Positions 40,090 through 53,638 of a stretch of 64,000 bases of DNA are shown piece by piece. The DNA comes from Eledone cirrhosa (lineage: Eukaryota): positions 294,686,001-294,750,000 of the forward strand of contig OZ024740.1 of the NCBI GenBank assembly GCA_964016885.1, given 5' to 3'. How positions within the stretch are numbered: position 1 is the first letter of the stretch; every line of letters begins with the position of its first letter. The translations under genes and the position numbers were made by a program. The notes beneath the pieces were generated by a model, which ran no database searches, had not been told where the DNA came from, and saw nothing but the letters and a program-made list of their open reading frames with translations.

Positions 40090-41134
40090 GTAATTGGAAC
40101 ATTACTTAATGTAAGGTTCTGATACAAAATATATTACCCATGGTCACAAATCCTGGTTAAGGACAAAGTATACGATCACGAATACAAGTGGCTGAAGGGC
40201 AACCAGCTGTAGAAAACTTACCAAAGGGTCAAAGATGACACTTCAGTTGTGTCAAAGACATAACAACCTCAATAGCGCTAGTGCCACAATAAAATGCCCC
40301 CATTATACTGTGTAAAGTATGGAAATGTATGTAAGTGAGATGTAACCCATGTCATGTGGAAATGTGATCCCAGTCATGATCCACCCCAACTTGGTCTGAT
40401 TCATCTGAGAGGTTAGCAGCACTGATGATGAATTAAATTCCAGTTATGGGGTTTTGTTTCTTAGAAACATGTCCTTCTTTATAGAAAGATGAGAAATTAT
40501 AAAGAGATTCATATATAATGAATAATAAAGTAATAATGGATATATAATATTCTTATACAGAAACTGCGTAATTTGATGGCTGCAGCTTGAAAAGGTCCAT
40601 CTCCCTCATACTCATATTTAGGGTGGGTTAAGGGTTGGGATATATGGTTGATGTCTGAGGTAGGGATTTTGGGGGAATGCCTTAGCTCTAATATAGACAT
40701 TTAAGTCATAATTGGGTGGTTTTTATGAATGTAATGTTTACGAGTTTGGAATCCGATGCTTTGTTTATTGTTGGCATTGTTTTCTGAGTGAATTGTTTAC
40801 ACATAGGGCATTCGATGATTGCTTACGTTTGTTCTATATAAGTATAGTGTAATTGTATGTATTTTTAGGGTAGTTATTGACTGAATAGACTGGATGGAGC
40901 AATAACAGTCTTATGTATGTATATATATATGTTTATCCCAGGTTCAATCAGGGGTAACCACAGTAATATATATATATATATATATACATATTTATTTAGG
41001 TTTGTTGGTTCACCACTGGATAGAATTGGTCATTCCGTATGGTCATTCTTGATGTAATATTATGGAGAGTACTCAACGTAGTGCAGTTCACCCGTCTTCG
41101 TTTGTGTAGTTGGTGGTGCTAGTACGGAATTAAT

Positions 41135-41459
41135 TAAAATAACAGGAGGCTGGACTGGTGTAAATCCTTGAACAGTTTATTATACTATGATCATTTCAAT
41201 GACTGGGTTCCGTATGAATCCGGTGATATCATCAGGTATTCGAAATAGTCGCTTGAGGGCGACTGACTGAGGTGAAAGCAGCTAGTTGGTCAGTCGTCCT
41301 CTGTCTCTGATTTTTGGACCCATGGATTTTATATATTCCTTTGTTATATTTCAAATACCTGATGATATCACCGGATTTATACGGAACCTGGTCATTGAAA
41401 TGATCATAGTATAATAAACTTTTCAAGGATTTACACCAGTCCACCATCCTGTTATTTTA
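41135..41459. repeat. Foldback with ~112-bp arms and ~100-bp spacer, hammerhead-like motif in each arm
   Basis: 41135-41246 is the reverse complement of 41348-41459; spacer contains an additional hairpin gagggcgactgact...ggtcagtcgtcctc. Confidence 0.88.
41355..41412 (+). ncRNA. Type I hammerhead-like motif (mirror copy 41182-41239, minus)
   Basis: atac-CTGATGA-tatcaccggattt(atacg)gaacctggtcatt-GAAA-tgatca-TA-gtat; palindromic stem III ATGATCAT; base of stem II imperfect. Confidence 0.6.
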
Positions 41460-42029
41460 TTTGTAATATATATATAGAAACACACACACACGTGGTAACA
41501 TCAACAATGCAGACAAGCATAAGGATCATTAAGAAATGTGTCTGCATGTTTAGTTCTACAATTATACCATCCTAACTAAATCATTAGTTTTTATTTAACA
41601 ACTCAGATTGGATTAACTAAAATATTTCTGAGTATGTGGAATTTTGTTCCCATGATTATAGCAGACACTGACACCAAAAACACCAACTGCACAACTAAAT
41701 CTGTGAGTTATTGAAAACAGTTTAAGTATTCAGTTACTTCTTTTAGTCTTTCCAATTAAATAAAGATTTATTCTGGTGCTATCAAAAAGCCTGTGAAAAA
41801 CCTTTTATTTATATGAATGGTTAAGAAATTGTGAGGAGAAAGAAATCTACCTAAACATAAATCACAGAACAGTAAAACAGCTTCATGAACAGGCATGTTT
41901 TGTTGTCTGAAAAATGGCTATTACAAATAACATTTGTTATTCCAACCTTTAAAGTTGCCAATTTTCAAAATGCATACAAAATTTATTATAAAAGAAAGCA
42001 ATAAATATGTTAAAAACATCGTTGATATC

Positions 42030-42620
42030 ACTGGCACCATCATCACTCAACACACATGTACAATGATCTGACAGACAAAACTGAACCTTGGGGCATATCA
42101 GGGTTGATGATACAGGGTGGCTTAGAGAAAGCTCCATCAGCACACATGATGATGGTGTGATCTGACGGAGAGCCAGCTGATACAAGAAATGAAAGATGAA
42201 TAAAGTCATTAGATGGACAAATTTGTCAGGAAATTCACATGTCAGACACGGTTGAACAACGCAACAATATTTTCACAAATTTCTCAAGGGCAAGGACACT
42301 TACAAGAATAGGTTTCTAGTAGATCTGGCTTTATAAAAGCCATACTGATGGTCATTAAGGGGGCTGAGACATTCAGTAGGTTAATAAAGGTTGTTGTTAG
42401 TGGTTGCTTCCATCACTGGAGATGTTGGAAATAAGAACGATAAGACAAAGGTTGGCAGGGACATAGGGAAAGCTGCCCTTCTTCACAATGGAGCACATAT
42501 TAATGCATTCCAAACACTGTCATATATCCGTAGAGAGAGATTGGCGAGTTTGGCAAGGACAAGGGCTAGGGCTAGGCCTGAGACGCATAGTTTGAGGTAC
42601 ACTGATGATGAGAACAGATA
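42030..42620 (-). mobile_element. Degenerate CR1/Jockey-group LINE RT fragment
   Basis: Minus-strand remnants VMEATTNNNL..LNDHQYGFYKARST and DMPQGSVLS across frameshifts. Confidence 0.65.
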
Positions 42621-42808
42621 TTAGGGAGCTCTGAATAGTGTGATCAGATTTAACAACAGTGATGTGAGAGAGAAACAAGGATGATGGTGACACTGGATAG
42701 ACTGGTAGGGGTACAGTGATGGTGAAAATGGTATATATATATATATATATATATACATACATACATATGGTAGATTAACTTTGCAATTGCAAGCTTTAGA
42801 TATCCAAT

Positions 42809-42852
<44 letters not shown>

Positions 42853-43666
42853 GTGGTAGACTGCAATTGCAAGCTTTAGATATCCAATCAATCAATAATA
42901 TATATGTATATTGTCCCACTCTTGCAAGCAGGGAAAAGCAGACGTAAAATGATGGTGATGATGATGATATATATATATACACACACGTGGTAGATTGACT
43001 TTGCAATTGCAAGCTTTAGATGGTCCAATGAATATGCCATTAAAAAAATATCATGCTTTTTCTTCTTCATTATTTTGGCATGGGTTGAATGGAACTTTTT
43101 GAGGCAGTGTTTTACAATCAGATGCCCTTCCTGGTACCAACCCTTTTATTTACCTCTTATGACAGAGATATGGCGTACCTATTCTAAAAACAAAAACAGG
43201 ACACACATGATATATGTGATAACTTAAATAAATGGATATTTGCTCCAACTAGTGAAGGGGCATGGCTTAGTGGTTAGGGTAATGAGCTTATAATCATAAG
43301 GGTTGGGTTGGATTCCTTGACTAGGTTGTGTATTGTGTTCTTGAACAAGATAATTTCATGCTGCTTTTCATGACAAGACTGAGGCCCCTATAATTAAAAT
43401 ACCTAAGAAGTCTCTGGAAAGTATTAAGTAGCCTACCTTTTCAATAGTGTATGAGTGGGTGAAGACTGCATAGGATTGAAAGTTTTCAAGAAATGTGGAT
43501 TTGGTAATGAAGATGGTTTCTGACAAGATATGAACAGAGTAGTAGCAATAAAGAGATTGAAAATGATGACAGAAGCTGTTTTGATAACGAAGATTTAAAA
43601 AAAATTAACCAACATTTCCATATTTTTAATGGCGGAATTGATAAAGCATTGGATAAAATGTAACAT

Positions 43667-44075
43667 TAACCCCTTAGCAGTTAAACGGGCTGTATCCAGT
43701 CAGAATTCTCTCATCCCTTTCTGTTCAAACTGGCTGCTCATACTGATGTTAAGGTATTGTTCTTAAAATAAATAATATCAAAATGTTATAGATTCAATAT
43801 TATGTGAGATAAAACCTTTACCGTGAAAATACAATAGTAAATATAGAGTAATGTAAATGGTAAAGGGTTAAAGGTAGTGGAATGACAGAATGGATAAAGC
43901 ATTGGATAAAATGCAATTGCAGCATTTGTTCTAGCTTTTTACATTCTGAGTTCAAATCCTGCCAAGATCAACTCTGCCTTTCATCCTTCCAAGGTCGATA
44001 AAATAAAGTACCAGTCAAGTACTGGGGTTTCCCTTCCTCCAAGTTTGCTCATCATGTGCCTAAATTATAAATCAA
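43667..44075. mobile_element. Family A MITE (43667-43870) followed by a SINE (+, ~43875-44075)
   Basis: ttaaccccttagc...taaagggttaa; then gagttcaaatcctgcc..gcctttcatccttccaaggtcgataaaataaagtaccag. Confidence 0.75.
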
Positions 44076-44699
44076 TATTTTACAACAGTATATCCTATTT
44101 GTGTTATTTTTCATATTTAATAATAAATTTTTGTTTAAAAATTCTTTTTCTATACCTTAGATAATATTATTTTTTTCTTTTCTTTGGGTACTAGTTTGTT
44201 TGTTGAAGGTGATTAAGATGAATATTCCAACTAATTCAGAATTTCTGTTTCATAGAAGTGCCAAAGTGATATATATATGCTTGTGGCATTTTAAACTTGG
44301 TGGAGTCTATCTCTCTCCAGGTTTGAACACAGCCGATTTCTGCCAGTGAAGGAGAGAGAGAGAGTGAGAAAAAGAAAGTGAGAAGGAGAAATTGAAAAAT
44401 ATAGAGGAAGAATTGATTCCAGTACTAGACTGGTACTTCTTTTATTGACCTCAAAAAGATGAAAGGCAAAGTTGACCTTAGTAGGATTTTAAATCAGAGT
44501 GCAGAGAGCCAAAATGAATACTGCAAAGTATTCCATCTGACATTCTAATGCTGCTGTTTTCTAGCTTCTTATAGAGACATCAAATAATTATGTTCATTTT
44601 GATCCAATATGTTTTGTTGTAAAATAAGAGTGACTTCCTTGTATTCATGTTGCTAGTGAATGTTTTCCTGAAATCCAAGATCTATATATAGAGTAATAG

Positions 44700-46550
44700 T
44701 AATCCATCATATCAAATTTGGTAAATCTACAGAGTACTTTATTTTCTTTACTTTCAAACCACTCAAAAATGGCAGTGCTGCAGTTCTATCGTGCTTATTT
44801 TGTAATGTTAGTAATCTCAAGGTTGTGCCAAATATATGCTTACTAATTAAACTTATTTCATTTTTGGAGTAGTTTATTAATCTGCACTTGCGATTAAAAA
44901 GAATATTGTCCTTATGGTTTCTAAGCATAATGTAATGGTCTATACATGAGGTGTTCTATGTAGTCTTCTATTTTTAGCTTCTGTGTTTGTGGTGTTGTAG
45001 GAGGTGGTGGTTGTGTTTTTTTGTATCTTTTGGTAAAATTGTCTGATAAGGGTTTAGAATGTATGGAAGCAACAAATTCATTTATTTTGCCTGCAAGTAT
45101 GTAATGAATATTGAGAAATTGTTTAAAAGATTTCATGTGGTTGTTTAGGATGGTTTTAAAAGAGTGGGTGTTGTGTTGGAATTTTACTTTAATTATCAAA
45201 TTGATACAATCAAATTCAAAGTTTTCAAGTTCCTTAACCTTTGAAGTACCAAACCATCTGAAGTTGTTCATGGTTGCATGATACAAAAATAGTGTATTTT
45301 AAATTGTTTATATCTATATAAACATCATAATTTTATGCAAGAACCTTTGTTATGCTATGTTCCAAATACCAGGTTAACAATGAGAAAGTTGTCTTATTAA
45401 ATCTTCCAAATTCTTGATCTTAATTATTTGAAAATCATAGGCACGGGAACACATTTGAATCCAGATTTATCTCTAAGTAATTTAGTGGAGCCCTTTCTGT
45501 GTTTGATAATGCTCCTATTACAGAGCTTTGATGTTCTTCATACAGTAGACGAGGGAATGTTTCTCCATCTTCTGCTTTGTGATCTCGGTTTCTAGAACAA
45601 TTTCCAACCAGGGGTATGTTTGGGATTATAAAAAAAAAACAAAAAAAACAACAGAAAGCATGCAGTATTTAGTTTGATACAGCTAATGATCTACTCTGTT
45701 ACTGTTTTCATGTCATTTTTTTTTTATTAGTGCAGACTTGATGATGTTCAATGGGTCATTGGATCAGGTGTGGATGTACAAAGGGATGTTGTTTGGTTTC
45801 TTGAAGAGCTCATATAATTTTGGGTTTAGTCTAAGTATGCCATTCAATTTAGGAAGTTGACTGTTGTAAAGTTTTCTTTAACTACTACCTTCAGGACGAA
45901 TTTGTCAAATATAATAATTATACATTTCCTGATGGTGCTTGCTCATGCTGTTTGAAAGCACGAGCCTATTATCTCTGTACATACTTGTTCTATTCTTCCT
46001 AGACCAGGTAGTTCTTTTGTAAAACAAGGTGAGGTCTCCTGGCATGCATGATGATCAACAAGTTGCTTCGTGTGACATCTAGAGAAATTGATGACTTTTA
46101 GAAGATTCTTATGGATAATAATCAATAATGTTGAATTAGATACGTTTGTATTTATTTTGGTTTACTTTTGAATCAAATAACTGAAAATATGTAAAGGTAT
46201 TGGGTGATTTTATTGGTTTAAATCTAGGTTTAGTTTACATAGGAAATATTTTTCTGTTAAATTCTATTTTGAAGTTAAAAATGTCATTTTAGAATCCAAC
46301 TAGTTCTTTGTTGCATAGTGGACATTTTTAGCAATTGAATCTGGGACCAGTTTCATGTGGTTTTGTTACCTTCCTTCTTGAGGATATAGGCCATTCATTG
46401 CAGATATTTTATCTCATATGTGAGGTTGCAATTTTACTTAAAAAGATGCCAAGGTTAAGAACTTACATGTAGTTAATCAGGATTGATAAAAAATGGTGTT
46501 TTAAATACAGTTATATGAGATGTAGAAGGCTAGTCGTCTGGAGTCTGTTG
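44700..46550 (-). mobile_element. Very degenerate Penelope-like RT remnant
   Basis: Minus strand near 45740-45880 reads TVNFLN...FKKPNNIPLYIHT*SNDPLNIIK, resembling the PLE RT C-terminal motif; the rest is too decayed to read. Confidence 0.5.
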
Positions 46551-47549
46551 TGATATGAATTTGTTAACAAAATGAAAATTCAATAAGTTATGTGGTGTAT
46601 AAAAGAGAACAGTCTAGTTAAGCCATTTTTGGTGTCAAAATGAAAATTCACTACAAATAAAAACACAAGGAGGGGTAATACATATAGAAAGGAGAGAAAA
46701 AAAAACCTTTGGGGTTAAATTAAATGTGTAAAGTGAAAATTTCAATAGATTAAGTTGAGAAAAATTAAATTTTTAATTAAAAGAAAGTAATTAGATATCA
46801 TTGCAGTGTTAAATTACAAGGACAGACATTTAAATCTAAGTAGACTATTCAAGATATTTATTTATAAAAGATGCACGAGATAAGTATTGGGAATGAAGGC
46901 AGGGTGGGTTACAAATGAAATAACTTAATTCACTTTATAACATAGGGTGAAGGGAATACTGTAGTCATGCTGGAGACTTGACAAACAATCTCTAATGATG
47001 GTGCTATGATAAAATGCACCCAGTACATTCTATAAAGTGGTTAGAGTTAAGAAGAGCAACCAGTCGAAAAATCTATGCTGTAATTACAAATAAGAACTGA
47101 TTTGAACTATAACAACCTGCCCAACCCAGAATAGAAAGTGGACTTAAAATGCTGATCAGTAGAATCACTAATCATGTAGCAATAATAATTGTTATTATTA
47201 CACAAAAACAATCCATAATTTATTTAAGGACTACATAATTAGTGATTCTAGTGGTCAGCATTTTAAATCAATAATGGGGAAGATGTAGGTAACATAAGAA
47301 ACAGTATATTGTTTGTGATGGCAGTGCTAATGTTGACAGCAATGCTAATATAATATTGTGAACATACAATTAAAATAATATCTTATGCACCAATCTTCTG
47401 CTCTTTACTCCTCCCATCCTCACCTCACTAGCTAAATAACCTATACATCTCACTCATGTAAAACCTGCATACCTGTTCCCCTTCCAACTCTCACTTGCCA
47501 AACCACGCAAAAGAAAAAACAAAAAACACAAAGTCCACCCTGGTGCTAT

Positions 47550-47840
47550 AACAACAAAGCACCCAGTCCACTCTGTAATAGGGCTGGTGTTAGGAAGGGC
47601 ATCAAGTCAGAAACCATTCAGTTCACAATAATATGGCTGGTGTTAGGAAGAGCATCCAGTCATTGAAAACCCTCAGTCTATACAGTAGTGTGGTTGGTAT
47701 TAGGAATGGCACCCAGTTGCAGAAACCACCCAGTCCATCCAGTAAAGTGGTTGACATTAGGAAGGGCATCCAGCTGTAGCAACCACCCAGTCGATACAGT
47801 AATATGATTGGCATTAGGAAGGGCACACAACTGTAGAAAT
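47550..47840 (+). repeat. Five diverged tandem copies (~56 bp) of a retroelement 3'-UTR module
   Basis: Unit cccagtcca..gtaaagtggttgg(t/c)(g/a)ttaggaagggcatccagctgtagaaacca; followed by an RTE-type tail at ~47915-47965. Confidence 0.8.
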
Positions 47841-49942
47841 CAAGCCAAAATAGAGATCTGCATGAGCAAGACATGGTCACTTGACCTAAATTTTCTCATA
47901 ATGTGACAAACCCACCTAACCCATGCAAGCATTGAAAAATAGATATTAAACAATAATAATGACGATAAGGAAAATTAGAGATAGGAGATAGATATCTTAG
48001 ATTGAAGTGTGTTCCAAAATAGGGAGATACTGAAATAAAGTAATATATATGGAAGTTTTCAAAGGTAAATACATGAGTAAATATAGAAATGAGATGAGAA
48101 AGTGAATAATAAATCAATGATAAACTAATGAAAGATACATAATTAGGGCAGTAGGAGTAAATATAGATAGCGGGGAAGATGGACGTTAAACGATGATGAT
48201 GATGATGATGTATTATAAATAGATAAAAATACAGATGTGGGGAAATATATATATATAAACTATATGTATGTATGGACTTGTTGGGGCACTGACTGTCAAG
48301 ATACTTTAATCTATCACAGCTCATCCCCTCTTGAGGTCTGAACATTGCTGATCTCCTCCAGAGAAGGAGAGAGAGAAAGAATTGATCCCAGTACTGGTAC
48401 CTTTTTTATTGACCATAAAGGATGAAAGTCAAAGTTGACCTCTGCAGGATTTGAACTCAGAGATTGCAGTGAACCAGAATGAATACTGCAAAATATTCTA
48501 TTTAACATTCTAACGACTGCCAATTTGCCACCTTATATAAAATAAAGGAGGAAATAGTTAAAATTAAAGGTTTTAGTTACAGTGCCCAGGTATGTGTATT
48601 GTTTGTAACCAGTGTTAAATGAGTGGAAGTGATGTAAAGGCAGGTAAAACACACCTAATGTATACACAAACTATAACTTAACTTCATTGTAACCTAACTA
48701 AATTAGGTTACAATGAAACTGAGCATAGTAACTGAGTAATTGTCACATCCATATATTAGGATAATTAGTAGGATGAAAATGAATTTAAGTTTTAAAGATT
48801 TTGTGTTTGCAAGAAGTTCTTTTGAAGAATTTTGCCTTTAGTAAAGATTATTTCCAGGCTCTCAGATGTACAAGATAGTATGGTCTATTGTTTCTTGTAT
48901 AGGATTTCACAGTGGATCAAATATACCATTTTAGATTTGAAAGGTAGATAAATTTTTATTTTTTTAATTCTCAGGCAAAATGAGATAGAAAATTTCATTA
49001 TTTCCACAGGATTTCAAAAAGAAAGTGTATGATTGTTAAAAAGATTAGAAAAGATCCCAATACATGTATTAGAGCTGTTAGTTTGTACACTGCATTAGTA
49101 AAGAATATCAATAGACAGGATTAGGGTTGATACAATTACAATCAATAAGGGATTGATGGTTATGTAAGTTCAGCTTAGGGAAGTTTGATGAGACTGGTGT
49201 TTGTACAAAGTTTGGTGTGGTGTGTCTAAAGAGTTTCATAGTGTTTTTGTTAACATTTTTATAAAGCTTGTGCTGTGGAAGGGAAATTCTCTTGATTAAA
49301 AGAAAGATTTAGCTACTGGGGTTACAAAAGCAAAGTTAAATCAAGGATTTTCCCAATTAATGTTTTATTTTCTATTATTTCTATTTCTGTAAAGGGGTAC
49401 ACATACACTTTTCTCCAATGAAGCTTTGAGTCACAATGACACAGCTCTGCAATCAGGAAAACGTCCCACCCCTGACTTCTCATCACAGAACATTAGTAAA
49501 CCTCTTATTTTCAGTTTCTCATGAGCTACATATACCTGATGTCTAACTTTTATTCTAGTGATCAGATATTATTCTTTGCTTCCAACTTTCTCTCAATCCT
49601 CTGAGACCTACCTCTTAGTTTTTGTTTCTATCTACCATGTCTCTATACCTATACATAGGTAGCTAAGAGATTACACTAGGGTGAAATGCAAAGCTATGTA
49701 AAAATACTCAATATCGTAAATAGTAGAATAATATCTATTTAAAGATGAACCTTTGTGAGGTGAGTCACTGCTCAGGAGTTTCTTGTTACCAACAAAAAAC
49801 ACAGAAACAGATATATATCATCGTCATCATCATTTAACGTCCATTTTCCCATGTTAGCATGGATTAAAAACACTAATCAACAAGTATTCTAATAAATCAA
49901 TAAATAGATCAAACCACAGAACAAACAAAAAATGCAAATATA

Positions 49943-50157
49943 ATGGTTTCTGATTTAGGCACAAGGCTATCAATTTTGGGGCGAAAGGAAAGTGATGTAA
50001 ATTGACACCAGTGCATTACTGGTACCTTATTTTATTAACCCTGTAAGGATGAAAGGCAAAGCTAACTTCGGAGGAATTTGAACTCAGAACGTAAAGGGCC
50101 GTAACTCTATGTCACGAAGCAGGGTGTTCGATAATCTACTGACACAGCCAATCCACA
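49943..50157 (-). mobile_element. tRNA-derived SINE
   Basis: Same family as 13072-13255; other degenerate copies near 44410, 48375, 55075, 58600, 62070. Confidence 0.85.
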
Positions 50158-50805
50158 ATGCAACAAATACATTAAATCTGAAACTTATTAAAAACCCAAT
50201 CCAATACTATAGAACAGATGAACACATCTAAAAGCTCATAAAACAAACTTACAGCAAACAATAAGTTAACACTAATATTATACTTAAAAACTCCATTAAA
50301 ATTAAAAACCTAATGGAAAAATAAACCATAAACATATTTGAAAGCAAGTTATTAATGACCAGTGAAATTTATAAATTTGATTGCAAATGTGAAAGCTGTA
50401 AACTTTAGTCATACAAATATGACAAACTCCCATGACACTTCATGCACCCCACAACACAACAAAAGATGAGTGGACAACATATCTTTACAGAATTTCATAC
50501 ATAAATAAAGGAATAATGATGGAAGCAATACTGATAACACAGCCTAAAACTAAAATAAACATACAACATACATTAATGACAAACAAAAATAAACCCTGAC
50601 TGATGATGTGTAAATGTAACAATCAAAGTTCAAATTCTGACTAACATCTACACCACTCATATTAGCTCTATCTACTTTAAAGAATCAACAACCCCAGCAT
50701 CATTTCATGAACATGGGACAAAGAAAAGTTGTTCCCAACAAACTGAGAAATTTATACCTAAATATAAAAAAACTCTCAATAAAAGTGATAGAACAGTAAT
50801 AATAT

Positions 50806-52590
50806 ATCATCACTGTTTAACATCCATTTTTCAACATTAGCATGGGTTAAATGAGTTGTCCAGTTGTGAGCCAAGCCAGATCAGATGACTGTCTTGCTCA
50901 TACAGAACTGATTTTGGCTTGGTTTCTACAACTGGATGCTCTTCTTAACACCAACCTCATTTACAGTGAGTACTGAGTGCTTTTTGTCAGAACACCTACA
51001 TGACCACTTTACAGTGTGGGCTGGGTGCTTTTTGCGTGACACCTACACAACCACTTTACAGTGTGGGCTGGATGCTTTTTGTCATGTTGCCATCACGACT
51101 ACGTTAGTGTGGGCTGGACGCTTTTTGTTGTGTTGCCATCACGACTACTTTACAGTGTTGGCTTCAGCCTGTCCTCATGGTAGGGTGGTGTGGTGTGTAC
51201 TATATATATATGCTTCAGCTTGAGCCTGTGGGTCTTCTACATTACTGCATAAATGCCAGAGATTTCGATCTTGTGTCATCGTTTTTGAGAGGTGCAAATA
51301 GCTAAGGTCAGTTTTTATCACCTCATCCCAAGTCTTCCTGGGTCTCCCCACTCCAAGGCTTCCATTGACACTGAGAACTCTGCTATTTTTATACAACTGT
51401 CAACCTTTATATGTATCACATGTCCATACCAACACAATCTCCTCTCCTGCACACTGCATCTGATTCTTCTTATGCCTAGTTTCTCTCTGTTCATTTATGT
51501 TTTGCCGTTCATGTATATTACTACTACACATCCATCTGAGCATGCAAGCTTCATTTCTTTCCAATCTACACAAGTCTTCTGCACACAACGCCCAAGTCTC
51601 ACTACCATGCAACATTGCTATTCATATGTATGCATCATACAGTCTGTCTTTCATTTTGAGGGAAAAGCCTTTTGTAGCTAGCAGTGGTAGTAGCTCCCTG
51701 GATTTCTATCCCGTTCTCACTCTGGCTACTGTACTTTCAGAACACCCACCTCTGCTGCTAATTTGGTGACCCAGGTAGCAAAAGCTCTCTACTGCTTCTA
51801 CCAAACCTTCGTGGAATTTGATAGAGCTTATTTCCTGTGGCTGTTTGCTGCTTACTGCTTCATGTAAAACCAACATTCTTAGCTAAACTTCCTGAGATCC
51901 CACTACATCCCTTGTGTACCCATGGTTTGCATTTGGGGCAGAGGATAGAATTTCTACCTACACCTTTCCTACACACTGAGCAAGATCATTTCCTCTACTT
52001 ACTAGGACCTTGATCTTTGTCAGGTTGACTTTAAGACCGCTTGTTTCTAGGCCCTGCTTCCATGTTTGGAATTTCTTCTCTAGTTCCCTCATAGACTCCG
52101 ATATGAGTGTAAGATCATCTGTAAACAGTAGTTCCCATGAGCAACTGGTCTTAAACTCCTCTGTTATAGCCTGCAAAACGATAATAAACAGGAGAGGGCT
52201 AAGAACAGAGCCCTGGCAGATGCCAACTTGTACACTAAATTCCTCGCTATAGTCATTGTTAATTCTAACTTTGCTGACTGCTCCTCTATACATGGCTTGT
52301 ACAACCTTCATCTACTTGTTTTCTAAGAGCCCACCAGATTATGGCATGAGGCACTCTGTCGAAAGCTTTCTCCAGATCAACAAATACCAGGTAGAGTGGC
52401 TTGCTTTTAGCTAGGTACTTTTCCTATAGCTGCTTCTCCAGGAAGAGAGCATCTGTGGTGCTTTTGCCTAGTACAAATCCGAGCTGCATCTCATCTAGAT
52501 TTACCCGGTTCCTAATCATCTGTGCTATAACTCTTTCTGTTACTTTCATGAACTGGTCCATCAACTTGATGCCTCTATAGTTTCCTCTAG
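50806..52590 (-). mobile_element. 5'-truncated RTE LINE with 3' UTR
   Basis: VQAMYRGAVSKVR..QGSVLSPLLFIIVLQAITEEFKT..LLFTDDL; MLHGSETWAL; VGRPRKTWDEVIK; same family as 6480-7857. Confidence 0.9.
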
Positions 52591-53149
52591 TGTGTGGTTA
52601 AGATGTGACCTACCGACCCAGATACTTTCAGCAGTTTGGCAAGTATTCCCGATGAACCAGCTGCTTAAAAAAAACCGTTTTGTAAAAAGAGCTTTACTTG
52701 TGCGAATGCGTAGGTATGTGTGTTTATACGTCCGTATGAAGCTAAGAAGAAATGTGTGTGCATACGTAAGTAAAAGAGTGTGTGTGTGTGTGTGCTTGTA
52801 AGTATGAAGCTATGAGCAAAAGTATGTTAATATAAGAGTGTGTATGTGTGTATACAGAGCTGTGAAGGGAAACTAATGATTGAAGTGAACCTCATCACTA
52901 TTTAGCTAGATGTTTTGTTAAACTATATTAGTAGGAGAGATATCCTGCAAAGAAACATGTCCCAAAGTATTGAATATTCTCGGTCTGTATTAGTTGTAAG
53001 AGAACATGTTTCTGACCATAAGAGAGCCATAGGAATCTAGGGGTGAATGTACAAGCGCGTGTGTGATAATGGACGGGGTATTAAAGAAATTGGGGAGGTG
53101 AGTTGAGTCCATAAGGGAAATAGGACCCAAGGCGGTAAATCAGACTCAT

Positions 53150-53185
53150 TCTTCTGATGAAGGACTAGCGTCCGAAACGTTAAGA
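53150..53185 (+). ncRNA. Minimal type I hammerhead ribozyme (Penelope-type)
   Basis: tctt-CTGATGA-a-ggac(tagc)gtcc-GAAAC-GTT-aaga: intact core, 4-bp stem II, palindromic ACGT stem III, stem I tctt/aaga. Confidence 0.8.
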
Positions 53186-53606
53186 CCCTCTTCCTGCTAT
53201 TTCAAGCGTTAACCTAATATATTCCTTCCATATACTGTACCGATTGTTTTGTTATTTCTGTTTACCTTTTACATACATATATACACACTCACACACAAAG
53301 TCACTCTAGGTAGAGCAGCTACTTCTCAAAATTGAGAGATCACAGCTCCGAAGTTATGGGCATGTGGTTAGAATGTCTCAGGAAAGAATCGCTGGACAGA
53401 TCTTATGGGCAAAACCAACCGGCAGGAGACCTATGGGTAGACCTCAAGCAAGATGGTTGGAGAACATTCATAAGCTTAGCTGGTCTTGCTTTGGGGATCC
53501 AGCTGGATCAGTTGGAGACGGTTGCTTTTGACAGGACCTGCTGGAATAAGTGGGCGAAGAAGACATTACATATACAAACACATATATATAAACACACACA
53601 CACACG

Positions 53607-53638
<32 letters not shown>

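Noticed and set aside
48750-49350. Further possible Penelope RT/GIY-YIG remnants (also ~28500-28850, ~40440-40900, ~50160-50800)
   Set aside because: Only faint motif echoes; too decayed to call without a profile search
50596-50620. CTGATGA match (also 42602)
   Set aside because: No stem II or downstream GAAA/UH arrangement; chance heptamer
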